Below are positions 9,803 through 18,511 of a stretch of 64,000 nt of DNA, piece after piece. The position numbers were made by a program, and so were the translations under genes. The notes under the pieces were generated by a model. It saw only the letters and a list, made by a program, of their open reading frames with translations, was not told where the DNA came from and made no database searches. This DNA comes from Deltaproteobacteria bacterium. Its GTDB lineage: Bacteria > Desulfobacterota > JAFDED01. The DNA is taken from NCBI GenBank assembly GCA_019310535.1, contig JAFDED010000004.1:27699-91698 (forward strand), given 5' to 3'. The number at the start of each line of letters is the position of its first letter. Within the stretch, counting starts at the first letter, position 1.

Positions 9803-11082
9803 CAGGTCCCTACGGCCTGTTGCCCGAGTGTCTTTTTCATTGTTCTGTTGTATTGAATCAACCGAACGCCGTGGATGACGGCGGTAAGAGCGGCCCAGAC
9901 AGCCACTACGGCGAAAGTGTAAAACGGATAACCCAGCGAAAAACCAAAAATAAACATAATACCGTAGACGTTGCGCCGTCCGGCGATGCGCCGGAATGTC
10001 GCATCGAAAGGGCTGAATAGATCAATGCTTTTGCTATACCATCTGCCCGCCAGAGTATAAACTATATTATCCGCTGTATCTGAGAGAATCAGCAAGCCAG
10101 CCAGGAACGCGGGCAAATTATTTGGGGCTGTGTCCCGTAATCCCACTGCCAGGGCCACGTACCAGCTATTCTCATAGATATAGTCGATAACGTCTTCATA
10201 CTTCCCGAATTTAGTATAGTGAAGCTTGGTGCGTGCCAGCTTGCCATCCACGCCATCCAGGATTTCCACAAGAAAGGTGCATAAGGCTCCCGCCACAAAA
10301 TAGCCGTGCCAGAACAGCCATGCCACCACCACCCCAACAGCCGCGCCGATCAGGGTAATCATGTTGGGAGTAACGGGTGTGTTGCAAAGGAGCAGGGTCA
10401 GCGCATTTTCAATGGGTGGATCGATGAATTGAGCGGGGAGATCCATAACCTTTTTTTGCTGACTGCGGATCAAGAGTCGGGTCGCTTCCCGGGCATCATC
10501 CTTGGAACGCACTTCCATGAAATAAGGGGTCAAAGGTCCTCTGATCTCCGGACAGAAAGGATTAATGTCGCCGGGGAAAAGGAATCCGGAATGACTGATC
10601 AGGGCGGCGCTTCCTTGTTTGGCCCAGATATGAAGATCCTCTATTTTCAGGAACCCCGCCCGAATTACCCGCCTTTCCCTGTCTACGGGGTCGATATAGG
10701 CAAAAGTGGTTCCTGATGCGGATGCCAGAGTGTATAAGAGCCGGGGGTCAATCAGGTGTGCCGTGTCAATGTATAAAAAACGCTGCTCAAGATCGGTAAT
10801 GGAGAGAATTGTACCCGGGATATTTACCTTTGCCCTCACCTGCTGTAATTCGAGGGTCCCCTGCCATTTCGTGAGCTCTATGGGGATACTGTCGGTGCTC
10901 AAAAGCAAAACGACCTTTTTTATCCCTGCCTCTTTGAGGTGGAAAAGCGTCCTTGCGGTGAGCGTAATACCGCCCACTTTCTCCCACGCTCCGGGATGGC
11001 AAGCATTCAGAATGGCCAGAGACGGAGGCGTGTTTTGGGTGGCTTCCGGAGGATGAGATACCTGTATGGATTCTGAAAGCAT
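9802..11082 (-). CDS. Second CDP-alcohol phosphotransferase with degenerate N-terminal NTP-transferase-like domain
   Basis: TPNMIT, DGVDGKLAR...FGKYEDVID; C-terminal TM helices. Confidence 0.85.
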   Translation of the reverse strand: MLSESIQVSHPPEATQNTPPSLAILNACHPGAWEKVGGITLTARTLFHLKEAGIKKVVLLLSTDSIPIELTKWQGTLELQQVRAKVNIPGTILSITDLEQRFLYIDTAHLIDPRLLYTLASASGTTFAYIDPVDRERRVIRAGFLKIEDLHIWAKQGSAALISHSGFLFPGDINPFCPEIRGPLTPYFMEVRSKDDAREATRLLIRSQQKKVMDLPAQFIDPPIENALTLLLCNTPVTPNMITLIGAAVGVVVAWLFWHGYFVAGALCTFLVEILDGVDGKLARTKLHYTKFGKYEDVIDYIYENSWYVALAVGLRDTAPNNLPAFLAGLLILSDTADNIVYTLAGRWYSKSIDLFSPFDATFRRIAGRRNVYGIMFIFGFSLGYPFYTFAVVAVWAALTAVIHGVRLIQYNRTMKKTLGQQAVGT

Positions 11083-11090
11083 GCTGAGTC

Positions 11091-12140
11091 CTACAGAATC
11101 GGATTATGGACCGGGATAAAACACGACCCTTCTCGATGAGATTTATAGGCGAGATAGGTAAGTTGAGCACAATACTTGCATTCCATAAAATTGGCGCCGC
11201 GAGCATCGACTTCCAGTATTTCCCGATGAAAATCCTCCATTACGGGTTTCATCCAATCCAAATGATGGGAACCTCCGGAAAGGGCTTCAGCGAAATCATA
11301 CCGGGTGGGCGGCAAACCATCGGCGTGCAAAATCAGGTGATCATCATTGATAACAATCGTTCCCTGTTCTCCCGTGATGGTTCCATAATTTTGACGATAC
11401 GAGGCCCGCCAGGTGAGTTGCAGCCGCGCCTCTGCATCGCGGAATCGCAGCACCACATCCACCGTCTCCTCCAAACCGGGGCCATTAACTTGTGAGTACT
11501 CCATCCTGGCCGAGATAGACAAGGGCGACTCATTGATGACGGAGAGAATCAGGTAGAAATGGTGCCAGCCATGATCCAGGAGAATGCCGCCGCCGGCAAT
11601 TTCTGCGCACTTCCGCCAGTTAGTGGCGCCTCCACCCGAATTGGAAGGGCGCAGCACCGTGAGTAAGATGGATCGCACGGTGCCGATTCTGTTTTCGCGG
11701 ATGAGTTCGACCGCCTTGGACCAAAGAGGTGCATGTTTCCAGTTGTTTACGGTAAAGATGACCCGCTGAAACTCATCGGCGGCCTCCTGGATCTTATGCA
11801 AACTTTCTAAAGAAGTTACAAGAGGTTTTTCACAAAAAACGTGCAGTCCTGACCTGCACGATTCGAGCATGAGATCCGCATGAAAACAGGGAGGAGTGCA
11901 GATATCCACGAAATCCAGATCGTTCTCGGCAACCAGGGGTTCTATTCCAGAATAAATCCGCGCTTCCGGTAGCACATCCATTGCTACCCTGGCCCGTTCG
12001 GGAAGGGGTTCCACGACGGCATCAATTCTAAAATGGTTGCTTTTCAGCCATAAGGGCAAATGAGCATGAATTGCCACATTGCCAAAACCGATAATGGCTC
12101 CCCGCAATGGGGGACTATGCTTGGGATTATCCCCGGTCAT
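11091..12140 (-). CDS. Gfo/Idh/MocA-family NAD(P) oxidoreductase
   Basis: IIGFGNVA, ICTPP..H, CEKP, GGGILLDHGWH; start moved to ATG at 12140 (AAAGGA RBS). Confidence 0.9.
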   Translation of the reverse strand: MTGDNPKHSPPLRGAIIGFGNVAIHAHLPLWLKSNHFRIDAVVEPLPERARVAMDVLPEARIYSGIEPLVAENDLDFVDICTPPCFHADLMLESCRSGLHVFCEKPLVTSLESLHKIQEAADEFQRVIFTVNNWKHAPLWSKAVELIRENRIGTVRSILLTVLRPSNSGGGATNWRKCAEIAGGGILLDHGWHHFYLILSVINESPLSISARMEYSQVNGPGLEETVDVVLRFRDAEARLQLTWRASYRQNYGTITGEQGTIVINDDHLILHADGLPPTRYDFAEALSGGSHHLDWMKPVMEDFHREILEVDARGANFMECKYCAQLTYLAYKSHREGSCFIPVHNPIL

Positions 12141-12153
12141 TGAGAGTTTTCCT

Positions 12154-13500
12154 TTATCTTTTATAAGGGATATGTTTGGCCAGGAATGCAAAGACGTCAT
12201 CAAGAATTTGTAATCCTACGTCCGCTTCTTCCTTGCTGAGACTCAAGGGAGGATTGACGCGGAAGTTGGGTTTGTAATTCATGCTCATCATGCCTCTTTT
12301 GAGCGTCTCCAGGAAAAGCTGTCTCGTAACGGCTTTATCAAGAGGTTCCTTGGTTTTCCTGTCCTTTACCAGTTCTACGCCGATAAGGAGACCACAACCA
12401 CGGACGTCTCCGATAAACTCATATTTTTCCTGAATCCGGCGTATTCCATTGAGCAGATAATCACCCACTGTGCGCGAATTTTCCACCAGGGATTCCTCCA
12501 GGATCGTTTGAATGGTCGCCAGAGCTGCGGTGCTGGCCAGGGGATTTCCCCCGTAACTGCTTGAGGATGCACTGGGTTTTGAAAAGGGCTTGCTCTTCGT
12601 GATCTCCTCAGTAGAGACGAGACCGCTGATGGGAAACCCGTTTCCCATTCCTTTCCCGATGGTCATGATATCGGGCCTGATGCCTGTATGATTGGAGCCG
12701 AACATCATTCCTGTGCGGCCAAATCCGGTGATCATTTCATCGGCAATAAGAAGAGCGTCATTTTCATGTGCGATCTCAAGCAGACCAGGAAGAAATTCCG
12801 GGGGTGGAATCACGTTGCCCGCCGTGCCCTGCATGGTTTCAACAATGATCGCGGCGAGGCCCCCTGCTGTATTGTTCTCAATAACTTTGCGGATGAATTC
12901 CAGACAGAAAAGGCCGCACCGAGGATATTCCATTTTAAATGGGCAGCGGTAACAATCAGCATAAGGTGCCAGATGAAGACCAGGATGAAGCACTTGCCAG
13001 TGTTTTTTAAACGGATCACCAATCAGGCCCAGGACTCCGCTGGTTTTGCCGTGAAAACCGCCCCAAAAACCGAGGATTTCAAATTTCTTGGTGTACGATT
13101 TGGCTAAACGAATGGCAGCCTCCACCGCTTCTGCACCGCCGCTGTAAAGTTGGATTTTGTTCAGGCCCGGAGGTGTCAGAGAAGCGATCAACCGCATCAA
13201 AGCCAACCGGTTTTCCGTAGTGAAGCTGCCCACGGTAATTTTTTCAAGCTGCTCTTTAATGGCCGCGACGTATTTTTGGTGTGAGTGTCCCAGGCTACAA
13301 ACCGCCACACCAGCCATAAAATCCAGGTAACGCCTGCCATCCGCGTCTACAAGCCAGCAGCCGCTTCCTTCCTTGATGGCCAATTGAGACAGTTGGGCCA
13401 CTTCCTGAAGGCCGGGCGACATGTATTGCTGTTCTTGAAGGTACAGTTGTGAAGACATCGTTTCAGCGATGTCTTTAATAGACACAGCTTGATATTCCAT
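12154..13500 (-). CDS. Class III PLP aminotransferase (same class as HpnO)
   Basis: SGGAEAVE, GFHGKT, IADEMITGFGRTG, PDIMTIGKG, YGGNP. Confidence 0.9.
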   Translation of the reverse strand: MEYQAVSIKDIAETMSSQLYLQEQQYMSPGLQEVAQLSQLAIKEGSGCWLVDADGRRYLDFMAGVAVCSLGHSHQKYVAAIKEQLEKITVGSFTTENRLALMRLIASLTPPGLNKIQLYSGGAEAVEAAIRLAKSYTKKFEILGFWGGFHGKTSGVLGLIGDPFKKHWQVLHPGLHLAPYADCYRCPFKMEYPRCGLFCLEFIRKVIENNTAGGLAAIIVETMQGTAGNVIPPPEFLPGLLEIAHENDALLIADEMITGFGRTGMMFGSNHTGIRPDIMTIGKGMGNGFPISGLVSTEEITKSKPFSKPSASSSSYGGNPLASTAALATIQTILEESLVENSRTVGDYLLNGIRRIQEKYEFIGDVRGCGLLIGVELVKDRKTKEPLDKAVTRQLFLETLKRGMMSMNYKPNFRVNPPLSLSKEEADVGLQILDDVFAFLAKHIPYKR

Positions 13501-14317
13501 TAAATTCTCCTTGGCAGATTCGCGTTATGTAGCTCGCGATGCTTTTGGCTGCAAACTGGCGACATAGCGAAAAGCTGGGCCAATCATTGAGATCGATCAA
13601 CACCACGTCACCTCCTCGGGCAAGGATTGCATCACCCCCGTAAATTTCAAGGCCCACCGCCTCAGCAGACCGGCTGGCTATTGCGGCGAGTTGTTTCATC
13701 CGCGAGGTGACCTCTTCGCCGCTGGATGCCAAAAATGCGCTGAAATAATCACCGGCACCCACACCGTAAAACTTGATCACCCGACCCTCCACATGTTCCT
13801 GGACAAGAATCTCCTCAATCTTCTGTCCGCGGAAATGATTGAGTGCTCTGTTCAGTTCTTCGCTCGATGCTATCTTCACGACATCATCTGACCGTATAGC
13901 ATGAACATCCCCTCGCTTCAACCAGTACCGGGTGGACGACCCGAAAGAGATTTTCCGCTCCACTTCTTCGAGGGGGACAATCTGGCTGGGAGGTATGGGG
14001 AAGCCACCTTTTGCAAGCAGATGAATCAGAGGCTTGCGATAACAGTTGCGAACCGAGCCGACGGAGTTGATGATTCTGGTTCCGCTCTTGTGCCAATTTT
14101 CTATGATATTGAGTGCCCGATTAGATTGTACCATGATCAATGCGCAGGAAGGTCGCATGGAAAGAATATCAAGAGCTTCGGCCTGCACGGTAGAGACCTC
14201 ATACCCCAGACGGGACAGCTCAAGCAGGGTGGCGTCCAGAATAGCGGCGTCTTCACGGACTTTTCCCGGTGAAAAGATTGGCTCCCGATACACGCCGAGC
14301 ACCGTCATGCAGTGCAT
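13475..14317 (-). CDS. ATP-grasp-like protein of unknown function
   Basis: WLKRGDVHA, VQEHVEG, KFYGV, IYGGD, IDLNDWPSF. Confidence 0.7.
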   Translation of the reverse strand: MHCMTVLGVYREPIFSPGKVREDAAILDATLLELSRLGYEVSTVQAEALDILSMRPSCALIMVQSNRALNIIENWHKSGTRIINSVGSVRNCYRKPLIHLLAKGGFPIPPSQIVPLEEVERKISFGSSTRYWLKRGDVHAIRSDDVVKIASSEELNRALNHFRGQKIEEILVQEHVEGRVIKFYGVGAGDYFSAFLASSGEEVTSRMKQLAAIASRSAEAVGLEIYGGDAILARGGDVVLIDLNDWPSFSLCRQFAAKSIASYITRICQGEFNGISSCVY

Positions 14318-15021
14318 TTCTTCTCAGTCTCCCGCAAATAGGTTTCAGCCTTCTCTATATCTTCGCGATAATCCACATCGACAGTCTTGGAGACCGGGAT
14401 ACCATACAGTGAATACCCGCTTTCCATCAAAAAGCCCAAAAACTGGCGAAGAGCGTTCATTGCTTTTGCCTGCGCGGCTTCTATCATAGCAAAGATGTCC
14501 GGCTTAAAATAGTAAAAACCGGCAGTCACATACCGGCTCGGGCGGGCGGAATCTCCCATGGCAAGTATTTTAAGACGAGTATCCACTCTCACCCACAGTG
14601 GCTTTTCATCATCGATGAACCGGGTGAGAGCCAAAACCCCCTGCGCGTTATTCAGGGTTTGAGCTTTTGTAAGAAACTTTTCCAGGCTCTCGAATCCAAA
14701 TACCGAATCGACGGTAAACAAGACAAAGGGTTCATCGCACAAAAACGGAGCCAGCGAAAACAGGCTTTCCATGGAACTGGGTGTAGTCTTCACAACGAGT
14801 TCCAAATGGACCGGCCAAGAGCCCGAACGCACGTAATCGGCGACAGCAGGGTTCAAATCGTTCACAATGCAGGCGATGGAAGTTGCTTTGACTTTCGCGG
14901 CGGCACGAATGACCCTGGCAATCAAAGGCTCGCCGCCAACAGGAATTAAGGGCTTTGGGATCGAGATGCCTCCCCGCGCGAGACGTTCTCCTCTGCCGGC
15001 AGCGATGATTCCCGCCTTCAT
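14305..15021 (-). CDS. Nucleotidyltransferase (NTP_transferase family)
   Basis: IIAAGRGERL...PKPLIPVGG; DVDYREDIEKAE. Confidence 0.9.
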   Translation of the reverse strand: MKAGIIAAGRGERLARGGISIPKPLIPVGGEPLIARVIRAAAKVKATSIACIVNDLNPAVADYVRSGSWPVHLELVVKTTPSSMESLFSLAPFLCDEPFVLFTVDSVFGFESLEKFLTKAQTLNNAQGVLALTRFIDDEKPLWVRVDTRLKILAMGDSARPSRYVTAGFYYFKPDIFAMIEAAQAKAMNALRQFLGFLMESGYSLYGIPVSKTVDVDYREDIEKAETYLRETEKKCTA

Positions 15022-15773
15022 GAGATCAACGCCTCCAGCTCAGACAGGCTTGATATCCAGGCATCCACGGGGCCGGCATTCTCAGGCATCCGAGGATTGG
15101 GTCCCTTCATCCAGATGGTTTTCATTCCAAGTTCTCGGGCCGGAATCATGTCCCTCTCATAAGAATCCCCGATAAAAACAACCTGTTCTGGGGACAAATT
15201 AAGCTTGCCCAGAGCGGTCAAGAATATCTCAGGGTGAGGTTTGCTGATCCCGGCCTGAGCGGAGTCCAGAATTACATCCAGTGATTCCGCCAATCCCGCC
15301 TCTTCACACAGTATGGAGACATTGCCGTAAAAATTGGATACCAAGCCCAGCCGATACCGGTTTTTCACGCGGCCGAGTAAACGCGCGCTTTGCAGGAGAA
15401 ACCGCTCCGATTTGTTACAAAATGCTTCGACCAATTTTTTCTCTTTCCCGTGATCCTCCAGGTTCAAGGCCGCAAACTGCAAATGCACATGGTGTTTCAT
15501 CAATGGGCGGAGGCCGAGTGAAACCACCAGTGAATCATTGCAGCACAGGGCGTCAGCATGATAAAAAGCGCGCTTGATTTCGGAACGGGGGACGTCCAAT
15601 CCGAAGTGTTCGTAGAGAGCGTAAAACCGATCCAGCCAGTGTTCCCCGTCGGAATCCAGGGTGCCTCCGAAATCGAAAAGAATTGCCTTGCATTCACGGA
15701 ATTTCGAGGCATTAATATGGCCGGCACCGGAAAAAACACCGCCGGGACCGCCGCCATCAGCTAACGAACACAC
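15018..15773 (-). CDS. HAD-superfamily hydrolase/phosphatase
   Basis: FDFGGTLD, VSN, KPHPEIF, IGDSYERD motifs I-IV. Confidence 0.9.
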   Translation of the reverse strand: MCSLADGGGPGGVFSGAGHINASKFRECKAILFDFGGTLDSDGEHWLDRFYALYEHFGLDVPRSEIKRAFYHADALCCNDSLVVSLGLRPLMKHHVHLQFAALNLEDHGKEKKLVEAFCNKSERFLLQSARLLGRVKNRYRLGLVSNFYGNVSILCEEAGLAESLDVILDSAQAGISKPHPEIFLTALGKLNLSPEQVVFIGDSYERDMIPARELGMKTIWMKGPNPRMPENAGPVDAWISSLSELEALIS

Positions 15774-15806
15774 GTAAGATCACTCCCTTTTGCCGCTGCA
15801 AGCCGG

Positions 15807-16919
15807 TCAAACCTTGCCCGTCGGGTATGTTTCTTTTACCATATCCGCTTCGGAATCGGAAGCGGGTTCGGCACCACTCATAATCAGATCCGGGGCCATG
15901 GGACCATCGGTGCCGGGACCTCGCAGATACACGTATAGTGCCTTGAGCGGATGTGCCAGAGCGTCGTTTACCGCCGTCGCCTCAAAACCGCTGTGAAGCA
16001 TGCAGTTGGCGCATTTGGGGTTGCGCCCCGTGCCGTAGCTCTCCCAGTCTGTCTCCTCCATAAGCGCCTTGTAGCTGGGGGCATAGCCCTCATCCACCAG
16101 AAGATAACAGGGCTTTTGCCAGCCAAAGACGTTCCGCGTGGGGGTACCCCAGGGAGTGCACTGGTAGGTCTGGTTGCCTGCAAGAAAATCAAGAAACAGA
16201 CTCGACTGATTAAATCTCCACTTACGCCCTCTGCCCAGCTTGAAGATATCCCGAAAGAGCTGTTTACTGTGTGTGCGCTTCAGGAACATGTCTTTCTGTA
16301 GGGCGTGCGCATAGCTGTATCCGGGAGATACGGTGATGCCTTCCACGCCCATGCCCATGACGCAATCGAAGAGTTCGGCGGCTTCTGCGGCGGTCATGCC
16401 ATCATACAGAGTGCAGTTAACGGTAACCCGAAAGCCCCTCGCGTGTGCAAGCTTTATTGCCTCCACCGCCGAATCATAGACTCCTTGCCGACAGGCCAGA
16501 GCATCATGCCGTTCCCGACAGCCGTCAAGGTGAATGGAGATGTTCAGAAAGGGCGATGGGGTGTAGTCCTTGATGTGCGTTTTCAGCAGCAGGCCATTAG
16601 TGCAAAGATAGATGAACTTCTCGCGCCTCACCAGGCCGGCCGCAATCTGCGGCATGTCCCTGTGGATCAGCGGCTCGCCCCCGGCGATCGATACGATAGG
16701 TGCACCGCATTCATCCACTGCAGAGAAACATTCCTCCACACTGAGACGTCGATCGAGGATCTCCTCAGGATAGTCGATCTTGCCACAACCGGCACAGGCG
16801 AGATTGCATTGGAACAGGGGCTCCAGCATCAACACCAGTGGATAGCGCCGCCTCCCGCGAAGCTTCTGGCTGATTACATATCGCCCGAGACGATATTGCT
16901 GAATGAAAGGCACACTCAT
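15807..16919 (-). CDS. hpnH: Adenosylhopane synthase (hopanoid radical SAM)
   Basis: RYPLVLMLEPLFQCNLACAGCGKIDYP, CTPWG, GWQKPCYL, CANCMLHSGFE; start at ATG 16919 with AGGAG RBS. Confidence 0.93.
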   Translation of the reverse strand: MSVPFIQQYRLGRYVISQKLRGRRRYPLVLMLEPLFQCNLACAGCGKIDYPEEILDRRLSVEECFSAVDECGAPIVSIAGGEPLIHRDMPQIAAGLVRREKFIYLCTNGLLLKTHIKDYTPSPFLNISIHLDGCRERHDALACRQGVYDSAVEAIKLAHARGFRVTVNCTLYDGMTAAEAAELFDCVMGMGVEGITVSPGYSYAHALQKDMFLKRTHSKQLFRDIFKLGRGRKWRFNQSSLFLDFLAGNQTYQCTPWGTPTRNVFGWQKPCYLLVDEGYAPSYKALMEETDWESYGTGRNPKCANCMLHSGFEATAVNDALAHPLKALYVYLRGPGTDGPMAPDLIMSGAEPASDSEADMVKETYPTGKV

Positions 16920-16938
16920 TGCGCGCTCCTGAGGGAGA

Positions 16939-17853
16939 TCATAGTGATTCAGGCAGCCGGACGTGCATGTGTTCCCGCTCAGCGTCCATCTCTCTGACCT
17001 CACCGGCACCGAAGGCAAGCAACCTCTCTAAAACCCTTTGCACCATCTCTTCCGGCGCCGAGGCCCCGGCCGTGATCCCTACCACGCAGTCTTCCCAGAA
17101 CCAGGCCCTGTTTATATCCTCCGCATCCTCGATCAAATAGGACGGTACACCGCTGTGCTCGCCCACCTCGCGCAGACGATTGGAATTGGAACTGTTGCGG
17201 CCGCCCACTACCAGCAGCACGTCTATGTCCCTGGTCAGCCGGCGGACAGCGTTCTGTCGACTCTGGGTGGCATAACAGATATTACTCAAGTCCGGCCCCT
17301 GAATAAGGAAACGCTTCTTCAACGCCTCGATCACCCCCAGGGTATCGTCAATGCTCAGGGTGGTCTGGGTAACATAGGCAAGCCGATCAGGACGACTGAC
17401 CCGCAATGTGGCAACATCGGCGATACTGGACACCACATACACCGGACCTTCCACACGGCCCCGGGTGCCCTCCACCTCCGGATGGCCGGGGTGGCCGATG
17501 ATGACGACCTCAAAGCCCTTGCGGCTGAAGTGCTGGGCCTGCAGATGCACCCTGGTGACCAGCGGACAGGTGGCGTCAATGATCCGCAGGTTCCTTTTTT
17601 CCGCCTCCTTGACCACCGCTGTCGGTACACCGTGGGCACTGAAAATGGACACCGCACCGGGAGGCACTTCATCGAGGGATTCAACAAATAAAGCTCCCTT
17701 GACCTTCAAATCTTCGACCACGTGGCGGTTGTGTACGATCTCATGCAGGACATAGATAGGCGAGTCATAGGTCTCCAGTGTACGTTCCACAATTTTTATC
17801 GCGCGGATCACTCCTGCACAAAACCCGCGCGGCTGAGCCAGTATCACCTGCAT
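16939..17853 (-). CDS. ispH: 4-hydroxy-3-methylbut-2-enyl diphosphate reductase
   Basis: PRGFCAGV, HEIVHN, SAHG, DATCPLV, QTTLS, ICYATQ, SSNS, TAGASAP. Confidence 0.97.
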   Translation of the reverse strand: MQVILAQPRGFCAGVIRAIKIVERTLETYDSPIYVLHEIVHNRHVVEDLKVKGALFVESLDEVPPGAVSIFSAHGVPTAVVKEAEKRNLRIIDATCPLVTRVHLQAQHFSRKGFEVVIIGHPGHPEVEGTRGRVEGPVYVVSSIADVATLRVSRPDRLAYVTQTTLSIDDTLGVIEALKKRFLIQGPDLSNICYATQSRQNAVRRLTRDIDVLLVVGGRNSSNSNRLREVGEHSGVPSYLIEDAEDINRAWFWEDCVVGITAGASAPEEMVQRVLERLLAFGAGEVREMDAEREHMHVRLPESL

Positions 17854-18511
17854 CAGTCCTCTAACCTCTTCGTGGTTTGTAGTAACCGCTCACCTGGGTG
17901 AAATTTGTTCATTCACTTACAAAAACTATTATAAAAGGATGAAGTACGGTTTCCTGGATTTTATTGTACACTCTTGGATACCGAATCATGCGCCTCGCAA
18001 CTTGAAGTATTTATATCATAAATGGGAAAGAAAGCGTATTGTTTTTATTCCGGCTTTTTATTGGGCGACAACGGGAGTAAAGGCGGGCAGGCCCATGATC
18101 CTTAGGTTTTGCCGCAGCTCCGTTTTGGTCAGGTGAGATCCTGGCGGTCGGAAACATATCCTTGCAATGCTCTTTTAGTACCTCCCGCCCGAATTTTTCA
18201 AGAGGAAAGGGTGTCTCCCGCTGATTATTTGTGTGTTTGATGATCCCCGTTCTTTTCAAGCCGAAATGAACGACGGATGGGGACATTTTAAGTGCGGCCG
18301 GAAGGGAGATATTTACATTACTGACATAAACCGATTTATTGCCTGTGCAAGAAGGTTAATCTATGGTATTATCGTGAACGATAAAAGCCTCCCAGTCAGT
18401 TAAAATTTCAGTCAAAATTGTTTTAACAAGCCTCGACCTGTGTGCAGGGAGTTTCATAAAGAACTGGTGTTGATCCCTGCTATTAAATAATAAAGAGATT
18501 AAGGAGGTCAC

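Noticed and set aside
15807-17018. Extended hpnH start given by the ORF track (also extended starts at 43362, 23741, 32721, 59523)
   Set aside because: They overlap upstream genes; downstream starts have better RBS and/or match the family N-termini.
17854-18511. Short ORFs and a possible riboswitch in the ispH-thiolase divergent region
   Set aside because: No protein motifs or recognisable riboswitch consensus; likely promoter DNA.
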